Shown here one piece after another: positions 63,286 through 64,000 of a stretch of 64,000 bases of DNA. The notes beneath the pieces are model-generated. The model did not search any database. It had not been told where the DNA came from and saw only the letters and a program-made list of their open reading frames with translations. Both the position numbers and the translations under genes were made by a program. Position 1 is the first letter of the stretch. Every line of letters starts with the position of its first letter. Origin of the DNA: Callorhinchus milii (taxonomy: Eukaryota); contig NW_024704742.1 of assembly GCF_018977255.1 (NCBI RefSeq), positions 11,286,001-11,350,000 of the forward strand, in the 5' to 3' direction.

Positions 63286-64000
63286 TTAATAAGAATCGTT
63301 AAGAACTATAGAAAAGCAACCTCAGAGTTAAGACTGAATTCAACCATTTGCCAAATTCTTGTACGCTCGAAAATGCCATATGAATTGAGTAAATCTAGGC
63401 CTAGGTGGAATTTCTTCCCCATCTGCATGTGTAAGCACTTACACTCTGGTGTCCTAATTGCAATGCAGATGTTGTTTCTCAGACACTGTATCCTTGCTGA
63501 GCATAAAACGCTGAATCATTCCAAAGGACAACATTAAATGCCGTTTTAGCTCAGGGTGTGGTGTAGCATTTGAAACTATAGATGGGGAACTGGAGAAAGA
63601 ACTTGCATTTTGATAGCACCTTGTATGTCAGAGCATCTTTAAAACAAAGAGCAATAAGTGAAAGAGGCCAAGCAAGGATTCCTACAAGAGTGCCAGCAAT
63701 CTCTCGGTTACTGGGCTTTGTTCAAATGTGCACTTCAGATCAGTTGCAGTAACTTGCATTGGTATCCGTTTGCTGAATCCGTCAGGGAATGTCCTTTCTG
63801 ATTGAAAGTTCTACACTGAACTGTTTATTTTCGCCCTTTAAATCCAAACCATCCAGTCTAAAATCTAGGTACTGTTTCTTGTGAAAGTCTGGTCGCTTTG
63901 TTCAAGGGTTTATTCCATGCTAGAAGTCCAGTTTGTAGGGAAGGCTACAGATTAACAAGAAGGTAACCTCGAAAAGTAGATTTTATAATTCGAACTGAGG

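Overview
Vertebrate, CpG-poor, non-coding DNA, probably deep intron or intergenic. I can support no complete protein-coding gene, and every recognisable ORF in the track is a decayed retrotransposon reading frame. The window is dominated by one tRNA(Ala)-headed SINE family with a Deu-SINE-like 3' part and an (ATT)n end (about 45-50 copies or fragments by eye) and by its presumed partner, an L2-clade LINE (5'-truncated RT fragments, (TTG)n end). Older layers are CR1 fragments, ancient Deu-SINEs and a second, very old tRNA-SINE. From memory this repeat set matches cartilaginous fish, most likely a chimaera such as Callorhinchus milii (inference, not verified by search). Main observations: (1) a young short SINE subfamily whose 3' stem-loop is identical to the young L2 tail, with stem covariation across tail families; (2) two independent insertions into the same CTATATC motif of SINE tails; (3) short tandem duplications at element junctions; (4) inverted SINE pairs; (5) a ~10 kb SINE-depleted zone and repeat-free blocks that may be constrained; (6) a few weak exon-like candidates. 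I found no evidence for a novel protein-coding system. Boundaries were read by eye and are approximate, especially for old repeats.
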